The notes beneath the pieces were generated by a model. The model was not told where the DNA came from. It saw only the letters and a program-made list of their open reading frames with translations, and did no database searches. The translations under genes and the position numbers were made by a program. Of a stretch of DNA of 64,000 bases, positions 1-13,340 are shown one piece after another (positions within the stretch are counted from its first letter, which is position 1; each line of letters starts with the position of its first letter). Source of the DNA: Mobula hypostoma (taxonomy: Eukaryota); assembly GCF_963921235.1 (NCBI RefSeq), contig NC_086114.1, forward strand, positions 62,496,001 to 62,560,000, read 5' to 3'.

Positions 1-74
1 GCTTAACCTCTCCTTAAAAGCGGCAAATACTAGTGAACCTTCTATAAGTATTTAATTCCTCAGGTAGGAAGACT

Positions 75-560
75 AAAATTCAAAGTATATTATCAAAGTC
101 TGCATACTTAATACAACCTTCAGATTCGTCTCCTTATAGGCAGCCAGAAAACAAAACCTCAAAGAATCCGTTTTTAAAAATGTCAAACGTAATATGTGCA
201 GAAAAAAAGTCATACAACAATGGAAGAAAGCAAATGGCATTCAGAGCTGGAGTTTTTACAAAAGACAAAGGGAGGCATCACGGCAGCTGGAGCAGGCCAC
301 AGGTCATCGCAAAGCCGAGTGGAAAGCCAGGCATCACAGCAGAGCAGAACCAGCCCCAGCCCTCACCGTGTCTCCAGTCCCGACACCCTGACCTTTCAAT
401 CTGGCCCAGCGCTCGAATTGACCAAACATTGGGTTGGTCCTCACTGACTGCCCTGGGGCCTGGAGCCCGCTGCCACAATTTGATCCGTACGTGACCTTTC
501 CAATTCCGGAAGGCACGTAAATCAATCGGACATCAGGACCAAACCTTCTCAAAGCGTTCT
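75..560 (-). mobile_element. Non-autonomous retroposon with Rex1-like 3' tail (same family as 39987-40682)
   Basis: Its left end (caaagtatattatcaaagt...atacaaccttcagattcgtctcc...ggcagcc) resembles 39987-40090 and the Rex-type tail at 62385-63420; boundaries approximate. Confidence 0.45.
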
Positions 561-655
561 AGATGAATTATACAATTGCAGATTTCTCTTGTATTAAATA
601 ATGCAATGCCCTTAATATGGATCAGTTTCAGGCCCTATAACATCTGAAATCCTGA

Positions 656-1930
656 CTGTCCACTACCCTGAACCCCCATCAATTTACCCATCACACCAAC
701 AGGTCAACAGAGGACGCCATCTCCACGGCACTTCACTCTGTCCTGACCCACCTGGACAGCCCCAACTCTTACGTCAGAATGCTGTTCATTGACTTTAGTT
801 CAGCATTCAATACTGTGATCCCCTCCAAGTTGATCACCAAACTTCGCCAGCTTGGTATCAGCTCATCCCTCTGCAATTGGACCTTGGACTTTCTGACTAA
901 CAGACCCCAATCAGTTAAGTTAGACAACCTCTCCTCCTCCACTCTCACCCTGAACACCGGCGTGCCTCAAGGCTGTGTGCTGAGCCCTCTTCTGTACTCC
1001 CTTTTCACCTATGACTGTGTTCCTGTACATGGTTCTAACTCCATAATCAAGTTCACAGATGGCACCACGGTGGTTGGTCTGATCAGAGGGGATGACGAGA
1101 CGGCCTACAGGGACGAGGTCCAGCACCTGGCCACGTGGTGTGCTGACAACAACCTGGCCCTTAACACCCAGAAGACCAAGGAGATCATTGTGGACTTCAG
1201 GCATGCCAGGAGCCACACTCACATCCCCATCTACATCGACGGAGCTGTAGTGGAGCGTGTATCAAGCTTCAAATTCCTTGGTGTCCACATTTCAGAGGAT
1301 CTCACCTGGTCCCTGAACTCCTCCATCCTGATCAAAAAGGCACAACAGCGCCTTTATTTCCTGCAGAGCATCAAGAAAGCTCACCTCTGTCCCAGGATAC
1401 TGACGGACTTTTACCGCTGTACCATTGAAAGCGTACTCACCAACTGCATCTCAGTGTGGTATGGCAATTGTCCCGTATCGGACCACAAAGCACTCCAGCG
1501 TGTTGTGAAAACTACCCAGCGGATTATCGGCACCCAATTGCCCACCATTGAGAACATCTACCATAAACGCTGCCTGGGCAGGGCGAAAAGCATTATCAAG
1601 GATGCATCTCACCCTAACCATGGACTTTTTACTCTCCTCCCATCTGGTAGGCGCTACAGGAGCCTCCGCTCCCGCACCAGCAGGCACAGGAAGAGCTTCT
1701 TCCCTGAGGCTGTGACCCTGCTGAACCTCCCATCACAGCGCTAAGCAGTATTGCACCCATATTGTACTGTCTCAGTACTTTTATATTTGTGTGCTGTAGC
1801 ACTTACTTTTTATTTGCATTTATTTTGTAAATAACACTATTCTTTGCATTTCTGGTCAGATGCTAACTGCATTTCATTGGCTTTGTGTCTGTACTCGGCA
1901 CAATGACAATAAAGTTGAATCTAATCTAAT
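656..1930 (+). mobile_element. Rex1/Babar-type LINE, 5'-truncated; RT C-terminal ORF 779-1744
   Basis: ORF motifs [38 protein letters not shown]; catalytic FADD reads FTDG; AATAAA plus (TCTAA)n tail; possible TSD CTGA at 652-655 and 1931-1934. Confidence 0.9.
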
Positions 1931-1937
1931 CTGATGC

Positions 1938-2340
1938 TGTCACAGCTGACTAGGTAACTTCTCCAGTTTTAACTTTCTTCACACTGAATAGTGGTGAATC
2001 CAATTGCAGAGGAAAGTTAGCGGAAAAGCTCCATCAGAGCTTTATCAGATTCCTTAGCAGGCAAGGTACAGACAGAGTCCAAAACAACTCACAGGCAAAG
2101 TCAAAATCCAAAAAAAAACGTTAACTGGAGTTTCAGAAACTCAGAATTCCTACAAAGACAGCCTCATCTACAAAAGATGACTCCAAGACTGAGCAAAGAA
2201 ACAAGGGACAAGGAACTCGTCTAGGGCTACAAACAAGGCACGGGTGATAACATGAACTATTAGCCTAATAGGCAGGTGAGCAGGAAGGGGTTGGCCTTGT
2301 CATCTGTGCCTCCCTCTGGTGGAGAGTTTGAGGTGTGACA
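1938..2340 (-). repeat. 3' LTR of the gypsy element
   Basis: TGTCACA...TGTGACA termini; direct repeat of 10111-10517; adjacent polypurine tract (minus strand gaagaggggg). Confidence 0.93.
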
Positions 2341-2917
2341 GTGCCCCCTCTTCTACGGCTGGCTGCTGACAGCCCAGGACGATCGGAATGGTGGCAGTGG
2401 AAAGCCTACATCAGGTCCAGGTCTAAGATTTGTCCTGCCACCACCCTGGCACACTGCTCTGGACCACATCTCTCCCAGTCAACCAGGTAGTGGAGGCTGT
2501 GACCATGATGTCGGGGAGTCAAGCAGCCTCCACTACACAAGTGGGACCGCCACCTACAACGTGGGGGGGGGGTGGGGGCGGCACTGGGATGGAACTGGAG
2601 ACAGGAGAGGTTACCACTGGGAGACTTGAGATGAGAGACTTACTCCGATAGACCTAGGCAGAGCCAACTGGTACGTGACAGGGTTGACCCGTCTGATGAT
2701 CTTAGATGGCCCAACAAATCTTGGAGCCAATTTTCTGGATTCGACTTGCAAAGGCACGTCCTTAGCTGAGAGCCAAACCCTCTGACCTGGCCTGAAGGGA
2801 CAGATAAATCTCCTCCTGTTGGCTTGCCTCTGGTGACAGGTTGAGTTGCGCTTCAGGGCGGCCCAAGCCTTCTCCAGGTGCTCCTACATTAAGCAGGAAA
2901 CTTCTCTGCAGTTGAAA

Positions 2918-3944
2918 GGGATCCTATTCTGGTTGGCTGCTGGTTACCAGTGGTGTTCCACAGGGGTCCGTGTTGGGGCCGCTTCTTTTTACATTGTACA
3001 TCAACGATTTGGATTATGGAATAGATGGCTTTGTGGCTAAGTTTGCTGACGATATGAAGATAGGTGGAGGGGCTGGTAGTGCTGAGGAAACAGAAAGTCT
3101 GCAGAGAGACTAGGATAGATTGGAAGAATGGGAAAAGAAGTGGCTAAATGAAATACAATGTTGGAAAGTGTATGGTTATGCACTTTGGCAGAAATAAATG
3201 GTCAGATTATTTAAATGGGGAGAGAATTCAAAGTTCTGAGATGCAACGGGACTTGGGAGTCCTCGTGCAGGATACCCTTAAGGTTAACCTCCAGACTGAG
3301 TTGGTGGTGAAGGCGAATGCAATGTTGGCATTCATTTCTAGAGGAATGGAGTATAGGAACAGGGATGTGATGTTGAGGCTCTATTAGGCACTGGTAAGAC
3401 CTCACTTGGAGTACTGTGGGGGGTTTTGGGCTCCTTATTTAAGCAAGATATGCTGACGTTAGAGAGGGTTCAGAGAAGATTCACTAGAATGATTCTGGGA
3501 ATGAGAGGGTTAACATATGAGGAACGTTTGTCCGCTCTTGGACTGTACTCCTTGGAGTTTAGAAACATTTCGAATGTTGAAAGGCGTGGACAGAGTGGAT
3601 GTGGAAAAGTTGTTTCCCATTGTGGGGGAGTCTAGTACAAGAGGGCATGACTTAAGGATTGAAGGGCGCCCATTCAGAACAGAGATGCGAAGAAATTTTT
3701 TCAGCCAGAGGGGGGTGAATCTATGGAATTTGTTGCCACGGGCGACAGTGGAGGCCAAGTCATTGGGTGTATTTAAGGCAGAGATTGATAGGTATCTGAG
3801 TAGCCAGGGCATCAAAGGTTATGGTGAGAAGACGGGAGACTGGGACTAAATGGGAGAATGGATCAGCTCATGATAAAATGGCAGAGCAGACTCGATGGGC
3901 CAAATGGCCAACTCCTGCTCCTTTGTCTTATGGTCTTATGGTCT
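2918..3944 (+). mobile_element. CR1 LINE 3' fragment nested in the gypsy integrase
   Basis: [19 protein letters not shown]; (TCTTATGG)n tail; removing it with one AAA copy restores gypsy EVEVGVSTAE in frame. Confidence 0.9.
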
Positions 3945-4364
3945 AAACCCCAACTTCCACTTCCTGACTGGAGAAAAGTGGCAGCTGAAACCAGAGTTGG
4001 CATTTAAAAGGTGATAAGCTGGCAGAGCAGCTGTGCCCATTCTGCCCAGATTAAAATCTGTCTCTAGAAGGATGGTTGGGAGGACAAAGCAGCTAAGGTC
4101 CTGATTATTCCGTCTGACCAATAGACTGGGGGTGGAAACCTGATAGAAGAGCCAGACAGAAGATCCTTCCAGTAATGGGACATGGACTGGTGGCCACAAT
4201 CAGACAATGTCAACGGGAATTCCATGAATCCTGACAACAAACATCAGCAGCTTCTTTGGTGGAGGGAAGTTTAGATAGGGCACTGAAGTGAGCAATTTTG
4301 GAAAAATGGTCTACACCCCCACCAGAACCGCAATGTTACCTTCTGATGAAGGCAGGCCTGTAAT

Positions 4365-6181
4365 CCTGCAGACAGAAACAGGTGAATTGATTATGGGGAC
4401 CAAGGACATGGCAGACCAATTGAATAATTACTTTGGTTCTGTCTTCACTAAGGAGGACATAAATAATCTTCCAGAAATAGTAGGGGACAGAGGGTCCAGT
4501 GAGATGGAGGAACTGAGCGAAATACATGTTAGTAGGGAAGTGGTGTTAGGTAAATTGAAGGGATTGAAGGCAGATAAATCCCCAGGGCCAGACGGTCTGC
4601 ATCCTAGAGTGCTTAAGGAAGTAGCCCTAGAAATAGTGGATGCATTAGTGATAATTTTTCTAAACTCGTTAGATTCTGGACTAGTTCCTGAGGATTGGAG
4701 GGTGGCTAATGTAACCCCACTTTTTAAAAAAGGAGGGAGAGAGAAACCAGGGAATTATAATTAACCGGGGAGTTAGCCTAACGTCGGTGGTGGGGAAACT
4801 GCTGGAGTCAGTTATCAAGGATGTGATAACAGCACATTTGGAAAGCGGTGAAATGATCGGACAAAGTCAGCATGGATTTGTGAAAGGAAAATCATGTCTG
4901 ATGAATCTCATAGAATTTTTTGAGGATGTAACTAGTAGAGTGGATAGGGGAGAACCAGTGGATGTGGTATATTTGGATTTTCAAAAGGCTTCTGACAAGG
5001 TCTCACACAGGAGATTAGTGTGCAAACTTAAAGCACACGGTATTGGGGGTAAGGTATTGGTGTGGGTGGAGAATTGGTTAGCAGACAGGAAGCAAAGAGT
5101 GGGAATAAACGGAACCTTTTCAGAATGGCAGGTGGTGACTAGTGGGGTACCGCAAGGCTCAGTGCTGGGACCCCAGTTGTTTACAATATATATTAATGAC
5201 TTGGATGAGGGAATTAAATGCAGCATCTCCAAGTTTGTGGATGACACGAAGCTGGGCGGCAGTGTTAGCTGTGAGGAGGATGCTAAGAGGATGCTAAGAG
5301 GATGCAGGGTGACTTGGATAGGTTGGGTGAGTGGGCAAATTCATGGCAGATGCAATTTAATGTGGATAAATATGAAGTTATCCACTTTGGTGGCAAAAAT
5401 AGGAAAACAGATTATTATCTGAATGGTGGCCGATTAGGAAAAGGGGAGGTGCGACGAGACCTGGGTGTCATTATACACCAGTCATTGAAAGTGGGCATGC
5501 AGGTACAGCAGGCGGTGAAAAAGGCGAATGGTATACTGGCATTTATAACAAGAGGATTCAAGTACAGGAGCAGGGAGGTACTACTGCAGTTGTACAAGGC
5601 CTTGGTGAGACCACACCTGGAGTATTGTGTGCAGTTTTGGTCCCCTAATCTGAGGAAAGACATCTTTGCCATAGAGGGAGTACAAAGAAGGTTCACCAGA
5701 TTGATTCCTGGGATGGCAGGACTTTCATATGAAGAAAGACTGGATGAACTGGGCTTGTACTCGTTGGAATTTAGAAGATTGAGGGGGGATCTGATTGAAA
5801 CGTATAAGATCCTAAAGGGATTGGACAGGCTAGATGCAGGAAGATTGTTCCCGATGTTGGGAAAGTCCAGAACGAGGGGTCACAGTTTGAGGATAGAGGG
5901 GAAGCCTTTTAGGACCGAGATTAGGAAAAACTTCTTCACACAGAGAGTGGTGAATCTGTGGAATTCTCTGCCACAGGAAACAGTTGAGGCCAGTTCACTG
6001 GCTATATTTAAGAGGGAGTTAGATATGGCCCTTGTGGCTACGGGGGTCAGGGGGTATGGAGGGAAGGCTGGGGCGGGGTTCTGAGTTGGATGACCAGCCA
6101 TGATCATAATAAATGGCGGTGCAGGTTCGAAGGGCCGAATGGCCTACTCCTGCACCTATTTTCTATGTTTCTATGTTTCTA
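4365..6181 (+). mobile_element. CR1 LINE RT fragment nested in the gypsy integrase core
   Basis: ORFs 4288-4764, 4787-5422, 5302-6084 ([29 protein letters not shown]); (TTCTATGT)n tail; TSD TGTAAT at 4359-4364 and 6182-6187. Confidence 0.95.
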
Positions 6182-7307
6182 TGTAATGAAATCCATTGAG
6201 ATGTGAGATTTCGATGTGAGATGGTTAGAGGGTGCAGAAACACAGCAGGGTGCTGATTAGAAAATTTATGTCGAGCACAGACAGAACAGGTGTGCACAGA
6301 TGATTGGACATCCCTCGTCACCTCTGGCCATGAAAGAGTTTTCGAATAAACTCCAAGATCCTCCCCACCCCAGGACGTCCAGTGTAAGAGGAAGCATGAC
6401 CCCACTGGAGAACCTCGGACCGTACTGCCTGGGGAACAAACATCCTGCTGGAAGCCCATCTGAGACAGGTTCAGCACATTGTCCCTCACAGAGAGCATCT
6501 TCAATAGAACAGCAAACAGGAGCCAGAATGCCATCTCTGGATATAATGGTAGCTGGAGAGCGGCGATTCTCAGAAGCGTCATACTGCTGGGAAAGGACAT
6601 CAGCTTTCACATTCTATAAGAGATAAAGTTTTAGTGTGGAAAATAAAAAGTGCCCACAAGCCTGACGCAGTCTCCTGGATACAGGCAAGATTTTTCTGAC
6701 CCGTCCATACAGCAAAGGGGTGTTTGGAACTTTCCAACCAGTGCTAGCTTGACTGCCAGAGTTCTCGATTACCAACATCATAGTTCCTCTCAGCATCTGG
6801 AAGAGAATGAATGGGGTGAACCTTATTGTCAGTCACAAACCTGAGAGAACAGCTATAACACTGATCTCGGACACCTCTACCTCAACAATGAAGGAGAGCT
6901 CAGTGTTTGGGTGCATCGGTATTGGGGATGGTGAATCATCTAATTCATCCAAAGTCATTTGCGCACCAGTCGTCCAACGACTGTGAGACAGAGAGCCCTC
7001 AGTAAGTGCACAGATGAAAGTATGAATGAAGTATCCACAGAAATTGACAAAGCCAAGAATCCTCTGCTTTATCTGCCTTATCTGCTTTAAGGTCTTTGGC
7101 TGTGGCCAGTCAGTGATGACTGTAACCTTCCCTGGCTCCATCTGCATGCCTTCTGGAGAGGCAATCTAGGAAGGAGACTTTGGAAGAATGGAACTCACAT
7201 TTTTCAAAGAGATGATTTTCACAGAGTTTCTGGAGGGCCTGCCAAACATGCTGAATGTGCTCCTGTGGAGAGTTTGAAAAGACTCGTAGATCTTTGAGAT
7301 ATACAAA

Positions 7308-8182
7308 TTTTGTAGCCTGGGGAGAAGAACATGCTCAGGACAACAAAGACTTTTTCAGGTTTTAATTCCTTAATCGGTTTTCGATGTTTAAGTGCCAGAG
7401 GAGGGTTGCGAAACAAAATGAACAAATTTACTATCAATTCTTGCTGTTACAATCTCAGTTTAACTTCCAATTCACACCCTTGGGTATGGACAGAATCGCG
7501 TAAGCAGTATAAAAAATACCAGAACTAATACGGTAGTGGCAATCCTGAAGGAACACAATACAAACAACATTAGGATCCCACCCACCCTGCATCTTAAACA
7601 TAAGAGCGAAAAATGTAAGCGAATACATCTCATCTAAGACGTACACACGTGCTGAACTTCCAAACAGAGACTAAACATTCACCTTACGCGGTTTACATGC
7701 ACAATCAGTCCCGATACAATAAAGTTAGACAAAAGGTACACTTTAGCACAACTTTTACAAGATATTGCCTGGTAGTTAAATTACAGGAAGACTGACCTAC
7801 TTGGATGTTGAGGAACTTTGCCCAAGCCACGCGATCCAGCGTTGACTCATTCACTCTAGAAAATCTAAAGCATCCACATGTAAAACATGTCAAATTACCA
7901 ATATTCTCGATCCACCAACAAGCATAAACAAATTCACATGGATATTGTCAATTAATGTTCACTTTTCCTCTCCATGCCCGGCACACTCTGGGAAGAACCC
8001 AAATCCCACCGCCTTACCACGTCTTCAGCAGAAAGCAAAATGGTCTCCCCACTATCCAGCGTGTGCGTAATGACATCACCGTCTCCCTTAAAGGCACAGA
8101 CAACTATTCTAGCAGTACCCGGATGGATGCCCAAGTACAGTTTTAACGATACTGAATTAGATCCAACGGTCACCCGGTTACA
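7308..8182 (-). mobile_element. Solo LTR (875 bp) nested in the gypsy RT
   Basis: 4-bp TSD CAAA (7304-7307, 8183-8186); minus-strand start TGTAACCGGG, end GGCTACAAAA; excision restores MLNHFVFVYLKD. Confidence 0.8.
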
Positions 8183-10110
8183 CAAAAACAAAATGGTTCA
8201 ACATCTCTCACAGAACATTTCTGAAGGCCTGGAAAATGGCAGGGGTGTATATCTATACAAACAGTATGACAGGATATTCCCAGTGGCTACTAGGGGTGGA
8301 AAAGGATATCTCCTATTCATTACCTTCTCTGATGCGCAACAGATTGCAAGCACTATACAGATCGGGCTTTGTGAAAATGGTGGCTTTCTGTAGAAGCTCA
8401 AACACAGACGACATCAGTGGGAGAGGATTACAGTGTCAATAAAACTACCATCAAGAACCTCGATACTTAATACAGGGACAGCAAATGAAACCAGACTTCA
8501 GAGCATCCTGGATACATTCATCCATGGTCATGGCTTCGGAGGTAGAGGGAGAATACAACTGACCTCTGGGGGGCAGTACCAGGGAGAAGTTCAATGGCAC
8601 AGTCATATGGTCTGTGAGTGGCAACTCAGTAGTTCGCTGTTCACTAAATACCCTTCTCAGAAGAGAAAGTGCAAGGTCTAACGAACAGTCAAGAAAGTCA
8701 CAGGGACTCAGCCTTTCGACTGCCTCAGCTGCTTCCTTATACATCGTAGTCACTGGAGACGCAGGACAGGGGCAGGAGTTCAGGCTTGTGGGACTCCAAG
8801 GAAATCCAATGGCCCAGGAGACCTGTGGGCCATGAAGCCACAGTCAGGGATAGCCAAGAACAAAGGATCTCAGGAGGTCTCGATGAGATACAAAGAAATT
8901 GTTTCAAGATGGATTTCCCTATGGGAAAATGAAGAGCCTTTCTTTTATACTTGAGGGGCTAGTCATCTAAAACTTGAACCTTCTAGGGCAAGGGACAGGC
9001 CATCTTCTGTGCCAATTTGATGTCAAGGAAGTTATCAGCTGCACCCGAGTCCACAAATGCGCCAAACACAATGGTCTTCTCATTGGGGGTTGTTCCAAGT
9101 GAGGGCGGCTGAGGAGCAGGGGTGTTCCTAGCTGAGCTCTTCTGCTCACTAAGGGCCTCCCACCGCCGAGCGAGCTTTTGGCTTTTACAGCTAGCTCAGT
9201 GCTGGAGATGTGGAGGTGGCCAGTAGCTCCACAGTAAAGACAATGTCCCTGTGTCATGCATCTCTCCCTCTCCTCGGGCATCAGTTAACATCCGAACTGT
9301 ATTGGTTCATTTTCTGACTGTTGACTAGACCAGGCAAGTTCAGGAGATGATCTCAGTGACAATGGACTTGGAGTGACGAGAAGTACAGTGTTCTCTCCTC
9401 CTCTCATGAACACAAATGTCAATCTAGGTAGCCATGGTTAGGGGCTCCTCCAAGTTGGACCCCCACTCCCTACTGGCAAAGTCACCCCTCTCTTCCTCAG
9501 AGGCCACGGTGAAAGATTGAGAGGCATTTGTCCAAATCCCCCTTACTTCCTGCTGGGAGTCCAGAATTCTATTGCAAAGTCTACAACAGATCAGGCCCCC
9601 CAGCACAGATCTAGCAGATGCCTCTAAGCCACGCACTGGGTGGTCAGAAAATGAACACCTTTAGATCACTGCAAATTGGAGACTGCTGGGGCCAGAGAGC
9701 AGTTGCCCACTTGCCTGACAGCAGAGATATAATCTAGGCAATCTTGGATTCAGCAGACCGAAAGCTGGAGCTCGAAGATAAAGCACAGGGTCAGAAAGCT
9801 TTTGCAACAACCAGGAGTGCCATTATAGCACTGGCAAGCAGAGATCTTGGGTTCTTCGGTTGACACATTTGCAGGTGGCACTGTCCCAGTAGGCAGAGCC
9901 AGTGCAGGCACAGGCATTCTGCCAGGACAAGGATCATGAGGAAGGTATGCATATAACAGCTGAAGAGACTCAGCTAATTGCTGAACAACATCCCATAAGC
10001 TGCTGTAATCGTTTTTGTTTTGATGTGTACCAGGCAAGTCTCCCTGCATAGCTACAGCAGTACCGAGTTGTTCCTTCTCTGCTGGGTCCATCTTGATGGA
10101 CCAGACTTGC

Positions 10111-10517
10111 TGTCACAGCTGACTAGGTAACTTCTTCAGTTTTAACTTCCCTCACACTGAATAGTGGTGAATCCAATTGCAGAGAGAAGTCACACAAAAT
10201 TACAGGAAAAAGATCCAATAAGGCTTTACAGGATTTTTTAGCAGGCAAGGAAGGGTCAGAGGGCAAAGTCAAAATCCAGAAAAAACCTAGAATGTCAGAA
10301 ACTAAAAATTCTTATAAATAAAGACACAATCTCACTTACAAAAGATGACTCCAAGACCAAGTTTAAAAAGACCCTACAAAGGATAAGGAATTTATATAGA
10401 GCTACAAACAAGGCCCAGATGATAACAATGAACCAATAATTAGCCTGAGCAGGTGAACAGAAAGGGGTTGCCCTTGTCATCTCTGTCTCCCTCTAGTGGC
10501 CAGTTTGAGGTGTGACA
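10111..10517 (-). repeat. 5' LTR of the gypsy element
   Basis: TGTCACA...TGTGACA termini; gag ATG lies 19 nt inside. Confidence 0.93.
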
Positions 10518-10539
10518 AATGGGATCTATCCCAAATTCG

Positions 10540-10780
10540 CAAACACGAGGAAATCTGCAGATGCTGGAATTTCAAGCAACACACACAAAAATGCTGGTAA
10601 AATGCTGGTGAACGCAGCAGGCCAGGCAACATCTATAGGAAGAGGTACAGTCGACGTTTTGGGCCGAGACCCTTTGTCCTGACCCAAAACATCTCAGCCT
10701 GAAACGTCAACTGTTCCTCTTCTTATAGATGCTGCCTGGCCTGCTGCGTTCACCAGCATTTTACCAGCATTTTTTGTGTC
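10540..10780. repeat. Penelope-terminus-derived palindrome (two inverted terminal arms)
   Basis: ~90-bp inverted arms 10581-10669 and 10692-10779; same sequence as the Penelope ends at 19440-19555, 28920-29015 and 37665-37800. Confidence 0.8.
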
Positions 10781-12769
10781 TATCCCAGATTATGGAGCAA
10801 AGCAAGGGAGGAGATTGCTGAGGCCTTGACAGAGGTGTTTGTACCAACTTTAGTCACATGTGGAGTCTCCAAAAACTGGAGAAAAGCCCTCTTTAAAGAA
10901 GGGAAGCAGGGACAGACTTGCAAATTATAGGCCAGTGAGCCATAGCAAAGGTACAGAAATCACTGGAGAAGATTCATAGCAATGGGATTTACTCACATCT
11001 TGAAAAGCATGAACTTATTTGAGATTGGCATCATGTCTTACAAACTTGGTTGAGACATAGTGGGCCTGAAGGCTTGATCTTGTACTGTATTTTTCTCTGT
11101 TCTATGGCATTCTGTATGGCTGTCAACCTTCTAGACTGCCTCATCATCTCCAGCAACTGAAGATTAAACTCTGAGGCAGCATTGGAAACAACACAAAAGT
11201 GAAAATCTGCAGTGCTGGAAATACATTTAGGTATTTTCATTTCTGTTGGACAGTTCCATTTTTTAATATTAAAGTCATTGGTGGAGGGGAAAACAAAATC
11301 TATTTCACTAGCAGTAAAATTTATCCTGAAGTGATAAAAGCAGAAAATAATAGAAACATTCAGCAGGTCAGGCAGCATCTGGAGAGAGAGAACGACATTT
11401 AATGTTTCTGATGAACTTTTGATTATATATATCCATCACACTGTGAGAAACCCCACTTACATCTCCTTTAAACCTCTCCCACTTCCCTTCAACCTTTGCT
11501 GAATTCCTTACTGCCTTGCTCCTTCTATCCATCACAGACCTTCACTTTTGTACCTTTTTCCCTTCTCTCTGTCGGATGTCACAGTTAGAGTTATATGGCA
11601 CAGAGGCCCTTTGGCCCAACTAGTCCATGCCAGCCATCGTGCCATGTCCTAGTCAGCCCCACTTGTCAGTTTTTTCCTGATTATTTGAGTCACAGGCTGT
11701 CACACTGACTGGTAACACCAGTACTTACTGTGCCGGAGAGAGTGAAGGATCCTGCTACAAGGCCTTTACACTGGGTGGTGAGTTCCAGGATTTAGGCCCA
11801 GTGACGATGCTGGAAGTGTTGGAGACCTCTAAGATCATGATGCAGGAACCTCAGTGAGACTGGGCACGTTGTAATGGAAGGAGGGGAAGAGTGGCAGAGT
11901 TCTACATTGGAGAAACAGGCCCTTTGGTCCAACTTGTCCATGCTGATCAAGTTTCCCCACTTCCTTCTATTTATCCCATGACCCACTCTCCTCTCCTATT
12001 AGATTCCCTATTCTTCAGTCTTTTACCTCTTCCACCTATCCCCTCCCACAACTTCTCACAACATCCCCATTCCCCACCCTCCAATCTACCTCCTCACCTG
12101 GTCTGACCTATCACCTGACTGCTTGTCCACCCAGCCTCTTGTTCTGGCTTCTGCCCCCTTCTTTCCCAGGGTCTCATCCTGACATGTCTACTGCTTAATC
12201 CCCTCCCTAGATCCTGCTGAGTTTCTCCAGCACTTTATGTATCTTCCTTGAGTTTCCTACCTGAGCCAATCCTATTTGTCTGCAATTGTCTCATGCCCCT
12301 CTACACTTTTTCTATCCCTGTGCCTGTCTAAATGATTTTTGAACATTGTGCCTGCCTCTACTATTTCCTCTGGCAGGTTATTCCATTCACACGGCCTCCT
12401 CTGTATGCAAAACGCTCCTTAGCTCAAACCTTCAAATGTCCTTCAATTTTAGACTCCTCTGTCTTGAAAGAAAAAGACTGTGACTATTCATCCTATTTAT
12501 GCCCCTCATGCTTTTATAGATTTCTGTAAAATCACCACTCAGCCTCATTGAGAGAATGGGTACTGCCTGGGGTGATTGCCTCTCTCACCCATGGTCAATC
12601 AGCTGAATTGATTCACAGAAGGGAAGAGACAAACTGGAAAATAAAGATCCTGAACCAGTTCCTTTTGTTTTGTGATTGGTTAGCTAAATTTCTGCCAGAA
12701 ACCTCCCTGTAGATCACCACAGTGAGGAGGAGGATTAGTGAAGGTAGCCTAGTCCAACAACATCACTCC

Positions 12770-13340
12770 ACTCTTCAAGAAGGGAGAGAGGCAGAAGAAA
12801 GGAAATTATTGACCAGTTAGTCTGACTTCTGTGGCGGGGAAGATGTTGGAGTCGATTGTTAAGGATGAGGTCCCAGGGTATTTGGAGGCACTTGATAAAA
12901 TAAGCTATAGTCAGCATGGTTCCTCAAGGGAAAACCTTGCCTAACAAATTTATTGGAATTCTTTGAAGAAATAACAAGCAGGATAGACAAAGGAGAACTG
13001 GTTGATGTTGTGTACAGTACTCGGATCTGAACAGAAGGCCTTTGTCAAGGTGCCACACATGAGGCTGCTTAACAAGCTAGGAGCCCATGGTATTCCAAGA
13101 AATATTCTAGCATGGATAAAGCAGTGGCTGATTGGCAGGAGGCAAAGAGTGGTCTACTCTCCTCTCCTACCAGTCTCCTTCTTCTCTAGCCCTTCATCTT
13201 TTCTACCTATCACCTTTCAGCTTCTTACTCTATCCCCCTCCCCCACCTCCGCTTCACCTATCACCCTCTAGCTTGTACTTCGTTCCCCCCCAACCTTCTT
13301 ATCCTGGCTTCTTGCCCCTTCCGTTCTAGTCCTGATGATA
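12770..13340 (+). mobile_element. CR1 RT fragment followed by a Penelope 3' tail fragment
   Basis: LTSVAGKMLES and KAFVKVPHMRLL remnants, then a pyrimidine-rich Penelope tail ending ctagtcctgatga. Confidence 0.7.

Larger units (their letters stand above)
1938..10517 (-). mobile_element. Ty3/gypsy chromovirus (sushi-like) LTR retrotransposon, full-length but decayed
   Basis: Paired LTRs; gag start MDPA at 10091; zinc knuckle CLYCGATGH; protease FVDSGAADNFL (~9050); RT PPRGQLYS...[20 protein letters not shown]...FVFVYLKD; RNase H FIVEV; integrase HHCC and MDFITGLP; chromodomain YLVDWERCGPE (~2400-2490); polypurine tract at 2341-2353. Confidence 0.95.

Noticed and set aside
779-1744. Intact or domesticated reverse transcriptase gene
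   Set aside because: 5'-truncated LINE with the catalytic FADD mutated to FTDG and a typical LINE tail
7308-8450. Endogenous viral gene or captured ORF (7974-8393) inside the gypsy element
   Set aside because: 8187-8450 is antisense gypsy RT and 7308-8182 is a TSD-flanked solo LTR; the ORF straddles the junction
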